64,000 nt of DNA. Source: Octopus vulgaris. Its lineage: Eukaryota. The notes below the pieces were generated by a model, which saw nothing but the letters and a program-made list of their open reading frames with translations, was not told the DNA's origin and did no database searches. The DNA lies in NCBI GenBank assembly GCA_951406725.2, contig OX597825.1:6324001-6388000 (forward strand), given 5' to 3'. Shown here in pieces: positions 25,652 to 40,124 of this stretch (its first letter is position 1; every line of letters begins with the position of its first letter). Made by a program: the position numbers and the translations under genes.

Positions 25652-27345
25652 TTGCCGTGTTCTTTTTCTTCTTGTTCTTGTGTAACACAGCGCATGTAAC
25701 AAAGTGTCAGCTACCCACAGTCAGTGGATGAAGATAACATTCTTCGTTCTCATTTGAAGCAATGCTATTTTCTGCAGATGCTCTATACTTACATTAACTC
25801 TCATCTTTTCAATCCGGTTTGTGAGATTCGTATTTATAGATCCCAAGTCTCCAACAACAACTTGTACGATGATCGCCTTCTTCAATGAACCCAATCTCTT
25901 TTATCTTCCACATCAGTCATCACATCTGACCTGCTTCACTTCTCTTTTCAGTACTTGTCATCATCAGGACATGCAGTATCTTTGATTAAACAGTTCAATA
26001 ATCACAGCCTCTATATCCAGCTTTCTGTGTTCGGTCTCATGATGACATTGGATCATTACATCTCACAGTGCTTTTATCTTGTCATTCTTGATAACTCCTG
26101 GGTTTGTCCATACCACGTCTTTGCTCTATTCAAACCATGCTTGCCACATATCTTCCAAGGAATCATTGTTGCGACATTACCATGTTTTCTTTTGTATTCC
26201 TGTTGTACTTATTCACAATAGGCCATACACTCTCACCTTTATCACTGCAAACGCTGCACTCATCACAATTATACTATACTGTCAATCTGGTATTTCGTAT
26301 AATTTATCTTAAGTTCTTGTCCTTGCACAGCAGAAATAAGCGCTTCTGTTTCTGGCTTCAAACCATTCTTCCTTAACCAGTTTCACCTTCCAAGGCATCT
26401 GTATTCCTGCTCACCTTTCTCACAAACTGTCTGTGATTTTTATTTTTTTCCCATTCCATTTTCTTCTGTCTTCCTTGCTCTCTTTTTCTTTGTGTTCCTT
26501 TGTCTTCACTTAAATATCAATCCTGATTATACCGGATATTCTTGCCTGCACTGGCAAAGGCTCTATGGCACTCTTACTAGACACACCAAGCTGTTTTCTT
26601 CTGTGCATACACAATTTTCACGGCTGATTAGCGCTCACCCACCTTTGTGCTTGGTTAGATACCATTTGTCAATACCACTCTTTGGGTCAAATACTCCATG
26701 CATTGTGTGTAGTTTTCTCGATTTACTGTTCCACCCCAGTGACGTTCATTTCCTCCAACTGATAATGCTTGCACCATACCTCAATAATTTAATAACCCAT
26801 GCATTGACAGCTTGAAAATTATGTCTTCCTCTAAGTTTTGACTACATCACCAGTCTGTGTCTTCGGAGATATTCTTGCGTAAAGCTTTACTTCATTGCTT
26901 CTTCCATCACTTCTTTCATCTCCAATATACCCAGGTATTTATTCTCAAATATCATTAATCCTTTACCTGATTTCCCATAATGGTAATTCTGTATCTGAAA
27001 TTCTGTTGACTTTCCTTTTCGTTAGGAATAATATTACTCCACATTTTTGTAAGCTAAATTCGATTTTGATGTCCATGCTAAAGCAATGAAATGTGTTCAC
27101 TAAAGAACTGATTTGAGTCTCGTCCTTACCATACAGCTTAAGATCATCCATAAATAACAGATGGTTGATCTTTTGCTGTTTTCCTTTAAACTCGTATCTA
27201 GATGTTACTCTTCTCAGTCGCAAAGTCACAGGAATCGTGCATGAAACAAATAATAAAGGAGACATCTCTTTGTTAGATTCTCTTCTTGATTCTTAATGTT
27301 CCCAAGTTCTGTTCATAATATGAGCTCAATCTACCAACTTTCCTT
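25652..27345 (-). pseudogene. 5'-truncated R4/Dong-clade LINE (RT to 3' UTR)
   Basis: MSPLLFVSCTIP...INHLLFMDDLKLYGK...DIKIEFSLQKC; EHLQKIALL near the 3' end; 3' UTR abuts (AAT)n. Confidence 0.9.
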
Positions 27346-27430
27346 GCCAAGACAAAAATAAAGGACAATAAAAATTTAAAATACATACATCCGCTTTCAA
27401 TGAACCACAGAATAACGGCAGCCGCATCAA

Positions 27431-27790
27431 ATGGTTTAGGGCAGCGGACTCGCGGTCGGAGGATCGCGGTTTAGATTCCCAGACCGGTCATTGTGCGTGG
27501 ATATTGAGCGAAAACACCTAAAACTCCACGAGGCTCCGGCAGGAGGTGGTGGCGACCCCTGTTGTACTCTTTCGTTCCCCAACTTTCTCTCATTCTTTCT
27601 TCCTGTTTCTTGTCCCCGACTTCCTACGCAACCGCTGAGCCTGGATGCGCATTCATCCATCCGTCGATGCTCCCGGTGTCGGGGGTTCTTACGAATAGCA
27701 AAGGACCACGTTTCGGACTTCTCCCACTCTGGGACGAAGACCGCTTCGCTCAACAAACAAGCAAACAAACAAACAAACAGACAGCAACAG
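27431..27790 (+). mobile_element. SINE family C (tail type 1, (CAAA)n end)
   Basis: tRNA-like head ggtttagggcagcggactcgcggtcggaggatcgcggtttagattccc shared with the 48.1 and 57.9 kb copies. Confidence 0.85.
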
Positions 27791-29047
27791 CAACAGCAGC
27801 AGCATCATATTCCGGCTGTGAAATATGTTATGCTGAAGTTCATGTTTATGTAGAATTTCTACTGGTCGATATCAGTACGAAAAATATAGGTAATAACCAA
27901 ATTATAATAGTTCTTGATAGAAGACTTTGGAAAAGCGATTACTTAGATTATGAGAGATTAGGAATATTTTGCGAGAGAATTTGAGCGGAGATAACAATGT
28001 TTGTTCAAAAAAGAAATGTTCCTTTTTATATGGAATAGCGGAGACAGGAAAAATTGTACCCGTTGAGATACAAACTGGAATGCAATGATTATAGTTACTT
28101 GTGTTTCTAATGAATTAAAGAATTTTGGTGCGAAGAAGGAAACATTACATTGCTGGCTGTTACCAAAGTCTGTTAACCCCAGTTTATAGAATGCAAAAAA
28201 GTAATCTAAATGCTTTTTAAAGACCGACATGTGGATCTACCTCTTCAGTCACTTCTATTACAAATCAAAAACTTTAGTTTATCGTACAAGTAGTACGAGC
28301 ATCGTATTACTGGTTTTCTCTAAAATGAAGTCAACATTTTCGTGGGGGAAAACTGTTCCGTTGGGTAGAAATCAATAATTCTTTCTATGTTTCATTGATA
28401 CTACATTAATGAAACATAAATTTGTCCTGACAAATTATTCAATGTGAAAATGTTTAAAATTCTAAAAAATGTGGTGAGCTTGTATTTTATTTGAAAAAAG
28501 AATGTTCGTTGGTTTATCTGAAATGACCACTTTCAGATATTATAGTCCACTAACATTAAATTGCTCTTTTGATAAGATCGCCAGATCTATGCTAAGGTAC
28601 ATCAGTATCTACTACAGATTTGTAGATTTGGTGTGTTATATGACTAGCTGTCGCTGGTATCATGAGATAGTACAAATTAATTGCCGAATAGAGAGACAGA
28701 TTACCTGGTCACAAATTCTCTTGATCTCGATAAATACTATTATCGTAATCTAATTATCATACTGTTCAGATTAGTCAGTTAAAATATATCATTGTGTAAA
28801 AAGAAAAAAAAAATATATCTATGATCTACCGTTTAATCCTTTTAAATCATTCACTTAAACATATTTCTAGACACATACTCACAGATGAAGCATAAATGTC
28901 TGATACACTTACAACATACATAATCATAGATAATAACATATCTCAACTTTAAATCTACAATTAATTCCATGACGAAAATAAAATAAAATGTCGTATGCTC
29001 GCATTCATTCTCCGGATACATACTTGAATATACAAACAGATATGGCA

Positions 29048-29057
29048 GCGCATGCGC
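29048..29057. promoter_or_regulatory. NRF1-type palindrome GCGCATGCGC
   Basis: Exact 10-bp palindrome in unique AT-rich DNA; function unproven. Confidence 0.35.
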
Positions 29058-29225
29058 TTTCATGCAAGAGCATAAAAAACGCTCGTAAAGACTTTCATAT
29101 ATAACAAACGATGAAACAATAGCATGATAATTCTCTTGAATAATTTTCATAAAAATTTAAATATTCTTTTCATAATATACTTGAATGATTCCTTTTAACC
29201 GCTGATATATTCTCCGAGATAACCA

Positions 29226-29239
29226 GTTGCCATGGCGAC
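29226..29239. promoter_or_regulatory. RFX X-box-like motif GTTGCCATGGCGAC
   Basis: 13/14 match to the palindromic X-box GTTGCCATGGCAAC. Confidence 0.45.
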
Positions 29240-29784
29240 TGCTCAAAAAGCTTTTCTGTCATTCGAATAACGACATTATTTTTATATTTTTATCGCGCAT
29301 GGTGCACTGTGTGCAGACACATATTTCCTGTTATTGTTATTGCTATTTACTTCTTTGATTTTAATAAATATTCATTTAATTCTTTTTCCTTTTTATATAA
29401 TGGCACTCGATGTTATTTAAAAGTTTGCTATCAACTCTCCCATGTAGTGGAGCTCGGAAGAGATATCGAGAATGATAACCAAACTACTAATGTTCGGCAT
29501 TGCGCATAATAATTCTATTTTAGTGATACACGGCTCTGATACGAGTGCATAGTTTTGCAAATGGGTGATTTCGTTGTTCTCGATAAGAAATTAGTCTCAT
29601 TTCTACTTTAAAGCGAAAAGGATTTACGGAGATGAGAAATGTCTATACAAAAACAAAAATATGCTTTATCAGAAAAAAACGACCTTTTGGAAACAAAGCT
29701 AATTTTCGAGACCTGTTATGCGTGAGACTCATTGTTTTTATATTAAATTTATTAGATGAAAGTTGTGTGTGTGGGGGATATTTA

Positions 29785-30121
<337 letters not shown>

Positions 30122-30123
<2 letters not shown>

Positions 30124-30527
30124 CGCAGGAGTGGCTGTGTGGTAAGTAGCTTGCCAACCAACCACATGGTTCTGGGTTCAGTCCCACTGCGTGGCATCTT
30201 GGGCAAGTGTCTTCTGCTATAGCCTCGGGCCGACCAAAGCCTTGTGAGTGGATTTGGTAGACGGAAACTGAAAGAAGCCTGTCGTATATATGTATATATA
30301 TATGTATGTGTGCGTATATGTTTGTCTGTGTCCCTCTAGCATTGTTTGACAACCGATGCTGGTGTGTTTACGTCCCCGTCACTTAGCGGTTCGGCAAAAG
30401 AGACCGATAGAATAAGTACTAGGCTTACAAAGAATAAGTCCCGGGGTCGATTTGCTCGACTAAAGGCGGTGCTCCAGCATGGCCGCAGTCAAAATGACTG
30501 AAACAAGTAAAAGAGTAAAAGAGTAAA

Positions 30528-30530
<3 letters not shown>
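30122..30530 (+). mobile_element. SINE family A, full length, inserted in (TA)n
   Basis: ggcgcaggagtggctgtgtggtaag head through the (gtaaaaga)n tail. Confidence 0.93.
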
Positions 30531-30588
<58 letters not shown>

Positions 30589-31199
30589 TATGTGTGTATG
30601 TATTTTGTATAAAGTATGCAAACACACACACATACATGTGTCTGTGTGTGTATGTGTATATCTGCGTAAGGGTAAAAAAAGGGAAACAAAATGACAAGGT
30701 GATGAAATAATCTTGTGCCTTTGAATTCTTCATCGAGGTTTTGTTATCGCCAAGTTGCTTTGTGACAATAACAAGAATGACGTTGCCTGGAGGGAAAGGA
30801 ATAAAATATCGTTTAGAATCGAGAGAAAATCCGAAATATTTTCAGGACAATAATGAGGAATATGAAAACCCTCAGAGCTAATTGGCTTACTGAAATTTAT
30901 GTTTTGTTTACCGATTTAAATAATTCAGTTACTTTATGAAGGGAGCCATAGAATTCCTTTTTGAGCGAAACAAATCCGCATTCTAAATGCAAAATACATA
31001 AGAAATAGCTTTTCTAAAATATGTTATGGCAGTTCTAAGAGAAACGACATTTTGTGATTAAACCTGGGTTTATTTAACGCTAATAAATATTTACTGATCA
31101 ATAATCTACACAGTTAGTTTAATTGTTATCGCTCCCCATGTATCGAAACATCTTGGGGAAGCGATGAAACTGAGGAAGTAAAGGAGTTGGTCAGCTTGA

Positions 31200-31690
31200 G
31201 AAAGGCAGTCTATATGCCAAGACATGAACGCTGAAATCGTGCACAGAGACGATCAAGGTGGAAAGTGTAGCATCGAATAAATACATACCCAAATCACAAC
31301 TGGATAAAACTATCTTTTCAGTAGAATACTCCTATTTGTGCTGTTAAACGCAAGTGAGACGTAGGATATATACAAAGAAAGAAGAAAAATGATTGGTTAC
31401 AATGCAGAGGGCATTTAGGAGATCCATGCTAGGAATACCATTTCAGGAATCTATGACAAAAAATATTCTGAGAACCTAGTAGCGTGGCCGATGTGATTAC
31501 AGAATATGGAAAGCATTAAGTTCCGCAGATATCGAAAGTATTAAGTAGAACATGTCATGGGGTTCACGTGTAAGAGACCACTCCAAAGACATCCGAGTGG
31601 GTGGAATGATGATACAGTAAAAAGAAAAAATCAGAAATAAATGGAAGAGTAGGACACAGTCAGAGTACGAATAGAAACCCATTCTGAGAA
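31200..31690 (+). pseudogene. RTE-clade LINE remnant
   Basis: TMQRAFRRSMLGI...VADVI...GWNDD pattern, heavily decayed. Confidence 0.4.
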
Positions 31691-31849
31691 GAGATGTATT
31701 AGAACTTTTGATAATCTGGTAGATAGAACTGATATTATCATATTATTTAATTTATTATCCTTGTTCCTGTTTCTACATTTTGAAGACTTTACAGCTCTCA
31801 AAGAATGATATAAGAATTTAAGGAAATGCTGAAGCAGCTGATCCAAAAG

Positions 31850-33780
31850 TAATAAATTTATCTCCAGGAAAGCTCATAAAAAATGAAATAAAACTTTTTG
31901 AATATGGACTTAAATTCTCACCAATTCCAAAACCTGACACATCAGATTTTATAAAAGATATTGAGAAACTTTGTCGAAAATTTTGATTTCTTCTAAATGA
32001 AATTTTACGAAGATCTATTACTTGTAAAAAAACAGACAAAGTAAGATTAAAGCCTCCGAGGAAAATAAATAAACAGAAGAATGTAAATACATGGCGCCTC
32101 TGAAGCTAACTAAAGCTAAGGAAATCCATGTCTCTGAAAAGATCAGTAAACACAAACATTCCAACAAAGCGCACACTTTCAAATATTACAAATGAACAAA
32201 AAATCATAGGAATGTTTATAGAAAGATTCTCACAGAGTCACTAAAGAAGCTGACGAAGGAGAAACCATTGTAATAATGAACAAAATCCACAGCAGGGAAA
32301 GGGACTTAGAACAAATGAATGAACAACGTTTCTATAAAAATAATTGAAACAAATGCACCTAAACAGCTAATGAACAAGATAGGTAACTTACAGACAAAAT
32401 TAAAAAAAAAATAATGAGAAAGATGTTTGATCGTCAAACTAACTTTCAGGAAAAAGGAGAAACTTTTATGAATTAGGGATGATTCATAAACCTAAAGAGT
32501 AATATAACAGCTTAAAGAACTTCCATACACCATATGAAATGATTGTCAAACCGTCTGATTTAAAATAACGTCCGATCGTTTCGGGTCCAACATCGAACAA
32601 CCAACGATTGAAAGATTTACTTGGCATCATATTAAAACCATTATACAAATAAGTTCGTAGTTTAATCAGAGATGACATGGACTTCCTAAATCACGTTCTA
32701 GAAAGATTCAGCAGAAACATGATCCTGGTTATTGTTGACGTGACAAACTTCGACACATAATACCTATGGATTAGGTCTGGAGGCAGTGGAATTCTGGACA
32801 GACAAAAATCCAAACACATTTCAGGAAAGATTCATAGAAGAATTCATACTTGAAAGATTAAGACTGGTGCTAGAAAACGACTACTTTTTTGATAACCAAT
32901 ATTAAAAATAAAAGTGCTTGCAGGTCCAGTGATTGGATTTTGAGAAGAATAGTTTATGTCCAGTCCTGGATTATTTTGATGAGCATTTCTAATCCTATTC
33001 AAAGAAAACTGGCAAAATATTTCTGGAGGACTACTTCTTGAAATCTGGAACAGGAGTAAGAAAGACATTACATACTATTTAATATGGTAAGGCAATAACT
33101 AAGGACTCGTGTAGACGAGAAAGACGACTGGAAAAAATTTTTAATATTCCTTCAGAGAAAAATATTGAAGAAACTTAGCAAATCATGTCCCAACTAAAGC
33201 TAAGGAAATCCGTGTCTCTGAAATCTGAAGAAATACTCACAATGATGGGGAAAACAAAAACAGAAATATTTCCTTTGTAGCCATCCACAGTTCCAGAAAT
33301 CACAATATTTTACATTCAGTCAACTATATCAAGGAATTGTACATCAATCCTTAAATCGAAGTAAAATAAGTAAAGATAAGTAAAGATTAAGGAAAAATAA
33401 TGAAAATACATAACTGAAATCCGAAAGCAACCTCAAATCTTTCAAATCTGTCATCAAAATCAAAATTCACATCAGAAGAAATAATGCAGATAAGAATGTG
33501 GGAGACACCCGTTGTGAATTAATTGAACAGAATGAACCAACAAATTCAAGAATAGGAAGGAAATTAAAGATGATGTAAATATTAACCGCAAAGCAAAAAG
33601 TCTCATTTACTGCATCACATACTCCCAATGCAATGGAAATTATATCGGACAAACAGGGTAAAAATGAATAGACTGGATAAGGATGCATCAGAAACAAATC
33701 AAAAATACATATGTTAGAAATGTTTCATGCAGTAAACATTTGGACATTTGTGCAATTGGAAAATTCTATATATTTCATTT
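31850..33780 (+). pseudogene. Penelope-like element relic (RT plus GIY-YIG endonuclease)
   Basis: Colinear motifs INLS..EIKLFEYGLKFSPIP, KEADEG.TIVIMN, IHKP, RPIVSGP, SLIRDDMDFL, DVTN, LVLENDYF, and LIYCITYSQCNGNYIGQTG at 33602-33658. Confidence 0.85.
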
Positions 33781-34094
33781 CTTTTTCAAAATAAAGGAAA
33801 ATATTATCAATTACGATATGCGAAAGAATACTGTACGATAATTCTAAATCCATTACTAAATCGGAATTAATCAGCTACTGCTAAAATAACTATCTTTCTA
33901 CAATTATCTTATAATATTTGTGTTCGAAGAACTGAAAATAGTGAAAGCAAAGGCTTCCTTTCGTAAGGTTTGTACCATTATTTTTTTCAAAGAAAAATTT
34001 ACAGAATTCATATTTTTAAATTTAATAATCTTTTTATCAAATATTGTGACAGTATCGACAATTTTTTAAAAAGCCTTTTTAAAACTTGTTTATA

Positions 34095-34165
<71 letters not shown>

Positions 34166-36342
34166 GTTGTATGTATATATATATATATGTATATGTATGT
34201 ATGTATATATATATATATGTATATATATGTGTGTATGTATATATATATATATATATATATGAGTGTGAGTGTGTTTGTGTGCGCGCGTGTGCGTGTATAC
34301 GTATGTATATGCATAATATACATACATATGTATATATATATGCATGTAGGTATGTATGTGTGTGTGTGGTTGTGCGTGGGTGTGGATGTGGGCGCATGTG
34401 TATGTATAAATGTATATATATATACATACACCTACATATCAACATACTCATACACACCCTGACATGCACAGATACTCGTACATAATAGACACACACATAC
34501 ACACATATCCATCCATCCGTACACTCATACTCACACACAACCATACACATACCTATATATTCGCATTTTCTCCTTATCAGTTTCTAAGAAATATTCTCCG
34601 TTGATATATTTGAAGTATAGAAGATACGACATCTCTCAAAAGAATTTCAAAATACAAAGAGAAACAATGGGTTTGTTTCGTTTTAAAAAAAATTCCTTTT
34701 ACTTTTCAAAAATAATTTTGAATCTTTCATATTATTCCCAAATTCCTTCCTCTCTTCATTCAATCATTGAATTTCTAACTTTGCTAGATGTAAGCAGTGG
34801 TGATCTTTGATATTCTGTGAAGCGTTCACTTATCACACACTTCAGTATCTAGTCTATCAATCCTTCCTCTTTTTACATCAGTATTACCATGAGAAAATTT
34901 TTGTTTTGCTACTTTGAATTCTTTGAAGCTGTTTTGAAATATCTGTCAACGTAATATTCATTAAGCCGACATACCAAAAGTCTTTTAAACTCAACACACA
35001 CAATTGATCTACATCTATTTTACGTATCTCGCGCCTTTACAATCAAGTTATATCCATATTACTATCATCCACCCCCGTACACCTGTATAATCTCCATTTT
35101 ATTCAACATATGTAATATTGGGATTATTCAAACGACGCAACTTGAGTCAAATTTCAAAAGCTTCGGTCGTATCCATACAAGCATACATGCATTCATATAG
35201 ACGTATACTACACACAAAGATACATGTATACATGCATGCACACGCACATATGTGCACACGCACACACGCATATATACATATATGTTTATACATAATACAT
35301 ATACATCATATGTATATGTGTGTGCGTGTATGTGTACGGGAATCGTATGATTGTTACTAATTTCATTCCGTGTGCTATGGTTGTTTCAAATATCTTGACA
35401 TCTCAAGAAATATATTAGATTAGAAATTCACACCTTATTTTCTTGAATTTATTTTATTTTCCTTGTATATATTTTCGTTTGTTTCTGTGGTGTGTTTAAT
35501 ATCTAACACCTATAAGAAAGCAACGTCATTGCGCACTCTTTTATGCGATATATAAAACAGAAGCTGAAATGTTTACTGAGCCTAAAATATTTTCAACTTA
35601 ACAGAAATTAGATCAGTTAAAGATGTGTATAAATCTTTCGGCAAATGAAAATATTACATTAATCTCCATTAATAAGAAATGTGTGTTTTGTATATGTGAC
35701 AAGCGAAATGATAACAAAAGACACATGCACACATTTGTACATATATGCACAGAACAGTCGTACTCCGAAGGGCATTGAATTAGAGTTTGACAATCGAATG
35801 CCTCGCCTGTAAAAACACGAACGTTCACTTTTGTTTATGAATACGAACATTGCAGGTGAAGACTGCGTAAGTCTAAACCACCTCAACATATTCCTAAATC
35901 GCACCAGTATTCAGAAACATGCAAAGCTAAAGCAAATCTATAAACGTGTTTGATTAATCGTACAATTACATATGCAAGAGCTGAAAAATTTGTAAGGTAA
36001 TTTCTTCTCAGGATCTTTTCATACCCAGGTAAATGCAATCGTATATAAATGCTCACAGTCAATCATGCAAACGACCCACTATCTGCATTGCTTGAATATG
36101 CATACATGTCTTACACTCATTCACTGAGATACATACACATACGTACAGATATGCACACGCATAACATTTCATATACGAGCCGAAGCTGTCATTTGACTAA
36201 AATGGCTGACTACAATCGTGTGAATGGAAAGACACATATAAGACAATATAATGTCAGAGGAATAAGAAAACTGGTTGGTCACGGTAGGAGTAGATTTGAT
36301 TGGTCAAAGTTGATCGGGCCCTGAAAACAACGCAGCTACATA

Positions 36343-36708
36343 CTCTTTACTCTCTTTTACTCTTTTACTTGTTTCAGTCATTTGACTGTGGTCATGCTGG
36401 AGCACCGCCTTTAGTCGAGCAAATCTTTGTAAGCTAGTGCTTATTCTATCGGTCTCTTTTGACAAACCGCTAAGTTACGGGAACGTAAACACACTAGCGA
36501 TGTTGGGGGGACAAACATAGACACACAAACATATATATATATATACGACGGGCTTCTTTCAATTTCCGTCTACCAAATCCACTCACAATGCTTTGGTCGG
36601 CTCGAGGCTATGATAGAAGACACTTGCCCAAGGTGCCACGCAGTTGAACTGAACTCGAAAACTTGTGGTTCGTAAGCAAGCTACTTACCACACAGCCACT
36701 CCTACGCC
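36343..36708 (-). mobile_element. SINE family A, near full length
   Basis: Reverse complement of 30122-30530. Confidence 0.92.
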
Positions 36709-36816
36709 ATATATAAATTCAAGCAAATTGTCATATGAGGGTGCGACCTGAAGCTGTGATTTATCACACACATTTGAATTTGTCATTGATGTTTTCGTTG
36801 ATGGTGTATCAACGTT

Positions 36817-37240
36817 TACACATACATGCATACATACATTCATACATACATTCATACATACATGCATACATACATACATACATACATACATACATACATA
36901 CATACATACATGCATGCATACATACATACACACACACATACATACATGCATGCATACATACATACACACACACATACATACATACATACATACATACATA
37001 CATACATACATTCATACATACGCACATACATACATACATTCATACATACATACATACATACATACATTCATACATACATACATACATACATACACATACA
37101 TACATACATACATACATACATACATACATACATACATACATACATACATACATACATACATACATACACACATACATACATACATACATACATACATACA
37201 TACATACATACACACACATACATACATACATACATACATG
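36817..37240. repeat. (TACA)n microsatellite
   Basis: Directly visible. Confidence 0.97.
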
Positions 37241-37599
37241 TGTACATATATACACATTTATAAATACAAACAAACACCCATTTGTAAAATAAGTGAAGAG
37301 CGAAGTTTATGGCGTTACATTTATTCCATTGTTTGTAATTGACTCAACAACTTGCGGGTGACCAATCAAGAATTGTCATGGGTGATGACAACAATTTAGT
37401 CATGCGTATTATGCAATATATATAATACATACTAATATTAGGAGTCAGTTAACCACAGCTGATGAGAGAAACACAATACACATAACGATTTGGTTACTCA
37501 AATGTGAAAACTTTTACATATATGAAACAAATATAGCAATAATAGCATGTAAATATTCGTTTGCAAAACCTTTTCCGACAGAAAAATTCGAAAACTACT

Positions 37600-37940
37600 C
37601 AAGGGACTCGCTTGCATATGATAGGCGCTCTACCGCTTGACTGAAGCAGTCTTTCGAATGGTTCCTGCATTTTAGAAGCTTAACTCTTGCCAGCAAGAAT
37701 TGAATGTTGTTGACATCATAAGAAATGTGAATTCATTTTGGGGATTCGATCTTGAAGAACATATAAAGCTATGAATAACGTTCTCTCGAAATTTTATGAC
37801 ATCAACAACATGCAACTTTTGCCGGTAGGAATAATGTTTGTTTCGAAAATGACTAGAGAATTTCAAAGCATTACCCTGATCCAGTGGTAGAATGCCTGTC
37901 ATGTGTCCAGGGGTTGTGGGTTCAAGACACACAGGTAGCC
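37600..37940. repeat. old inverted repeat carrying two outward-facing tRNA-like segments
   Basis: Reverse complement of 37610-37725 aligns with 37792-37910; right arm has tccagtggtaga..ggttcaagac A/B-box-like motifs. Confidence 0.55.
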
Positions 37941-38958
37941 GTCGACTTATTGAAAACGGTTTTTGAACCGAATATTTTGCATTCTCTTATTTATAACTTT
38001 ATCATCCGCTTCGAAATCCAATTCTCCAAAAAGTTATTTTACCTTCTCTCGAAAGCTTATAAATTCTTACACATTTGTATGTGTGTATGTTTCTGTATAT
38101 ATAGATGTGTTTGTGTCGTGTACAAAAAGACATTTACACACTTACACACACACATACACACACACACACACACACACATCTATATACCTTATGAATATTA
38201 GAAAATTATGCTCTTAAATAAAATTGTTAATTTTGATAATGTTCGAATATATTTCTATATTTGAAATTTTATCTAAATTTACAATGTTATTCATAGAGCA
38301 GATTCCCTGAATATTTTACAAGTAGGAACCCATCTTAAACGAGAAGCAATGGGAGAAAATATTATTTTCTATCTTCCACAGAATTTGATACCACACACTA
38401 ACTTATCGAAAATAGGAATTTAAATGAAGAATTTTAATAACAGCAGCATTCCAATGTATATTGTCCTTCTTTTCATATTGTGTGGATATTGTTAGAAATG
38501 CTGAGGCAGTATTTGATATAAATCTATACAAACATGAGTATGAATCAACACAAGATTAAATTGCTTACTGCCTTCTATGTTATTTGAAACAAGTTTTTGA
38601 AGATAAGATATTTATTAAATTCCCGTATTTGAAAATCACACCTTCAGAACGTTAGTAGGGTGTTTCAATCTAGTAATAGGTAGTAGGTTCCTGTGCAATA
38701 TTTATTGTCTAATCTTATCAATATATATAGATGTATAACATGCAATGGAGCCGGCTACGGAAAATATCTATTAGAAGATGATGCGTGTTGGTATAATACT
38801 TTGGAAGCGACTGCTGTCTCATTCTTCGAACAGTATCAGAAGCCTTATTATTATTATTATTATTATTATTATCATTATTATTATTTTCTGTGTCTGTACG
38901 AGATCCAACGCTCAGCAGCTTTGAATTAATGTCTAAGAAAGCAATGAGAGAAGACATT

Positions 38959-39243
38959 GGATCTTTTCACTTTGACCGGCAGATTTTTAAAATAATTTCT
39001 TTGTAACTAAACACTTTGAAACTTCGTATACTGGTAGTGTGTTACATAAAGCATTTTTTTGCTCTTGGCTTTCTTGAGAAAATTCTGTAGTTTGTAAGCT
39101 ATTTGTTGTTTAATTTCTTGCATTTCGGCAATTTCAACCAATCAATGACGTCTATTGAGGTGAATACAATTTCTGCCGTAGTGTGTCAACAACATTTACA
39201 AAGAAATTATTTTAAAAATCTGCCGGTCAAAGTGAAAAGATTC
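38959..39243. mobile_element. non-autonomous TIR element related to 13637-14081
   Basis: ~48-bp TIR ggatcttttcactttgaccggcagatttttaaaataatttctttgtaa; TSD aagacatt/aaaacatt; shared internal sequence aaacttcgtatactggtag..aatttcaaccaatca. Confidence 0.85.
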
Positions 39244-39815
39244 AAAACATTTTATCCAGCATAACGAGTGTAAAAAAAAATAGAAGTTCCAGTTAGAGTT
39301 TACTTCTGACTTCTACAATCAAACACTGATACTTATTGAATATAATATTGAGTTTATAACCAGCAAGGATCATGAACAATGGACTACAAGCTCCGATACG
39401 AACTTCAGCCACAGAAAATCATTGGATTAGGAAGATAGCTGTTTAATGGTGGTGGCATTAATATATAGAATAATGTCGTTTTGAGTATCAGGCATGTTCA
39501 CATAACAATTCGTAGCTTCTGTAATTCAGCGTGAGGCTGGGAACAAACTTGCTGCAGTATTTCTTGGAAGTTTGCTCACAAGCGGCAGGACAGCTCGTTT
39601 TGCTTTATAGTTGGCGTCCAAGAATGAATGAATGATTGCAGTTCTCTGTGCAATGTTGACAAATGATCTGAAGTGGCAGAGGTTTCGAAATAAGGCAAGA
39701 AGAAAGAATGAGATGAGGGCACGACGACTTGCATTTCAGGATATCTCGATCTCCCCTTGAAAGATCTTTGATTGAACACCCCGGTTTGAATCAATCGTTT
39801 GAATCTATCGTTTGA

Positions 39816-39972
<157 letters not shown>

Positions 39973-40062
39973 TAATGCAGGAAGGATTATAATCTCTCTC
40001 TATCTGCCTCTCTCTCCATCCTCCTCTCTCTATATAAGTATATATGACAGTGTGTGTGTATA

Positions 40063-40124
<62 letters not shown>

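Noticed and set aside
30122-30195. SINE heads as functional tRNA genes
   Set aside because: No complete cloverleaf; each continues into a SINE body
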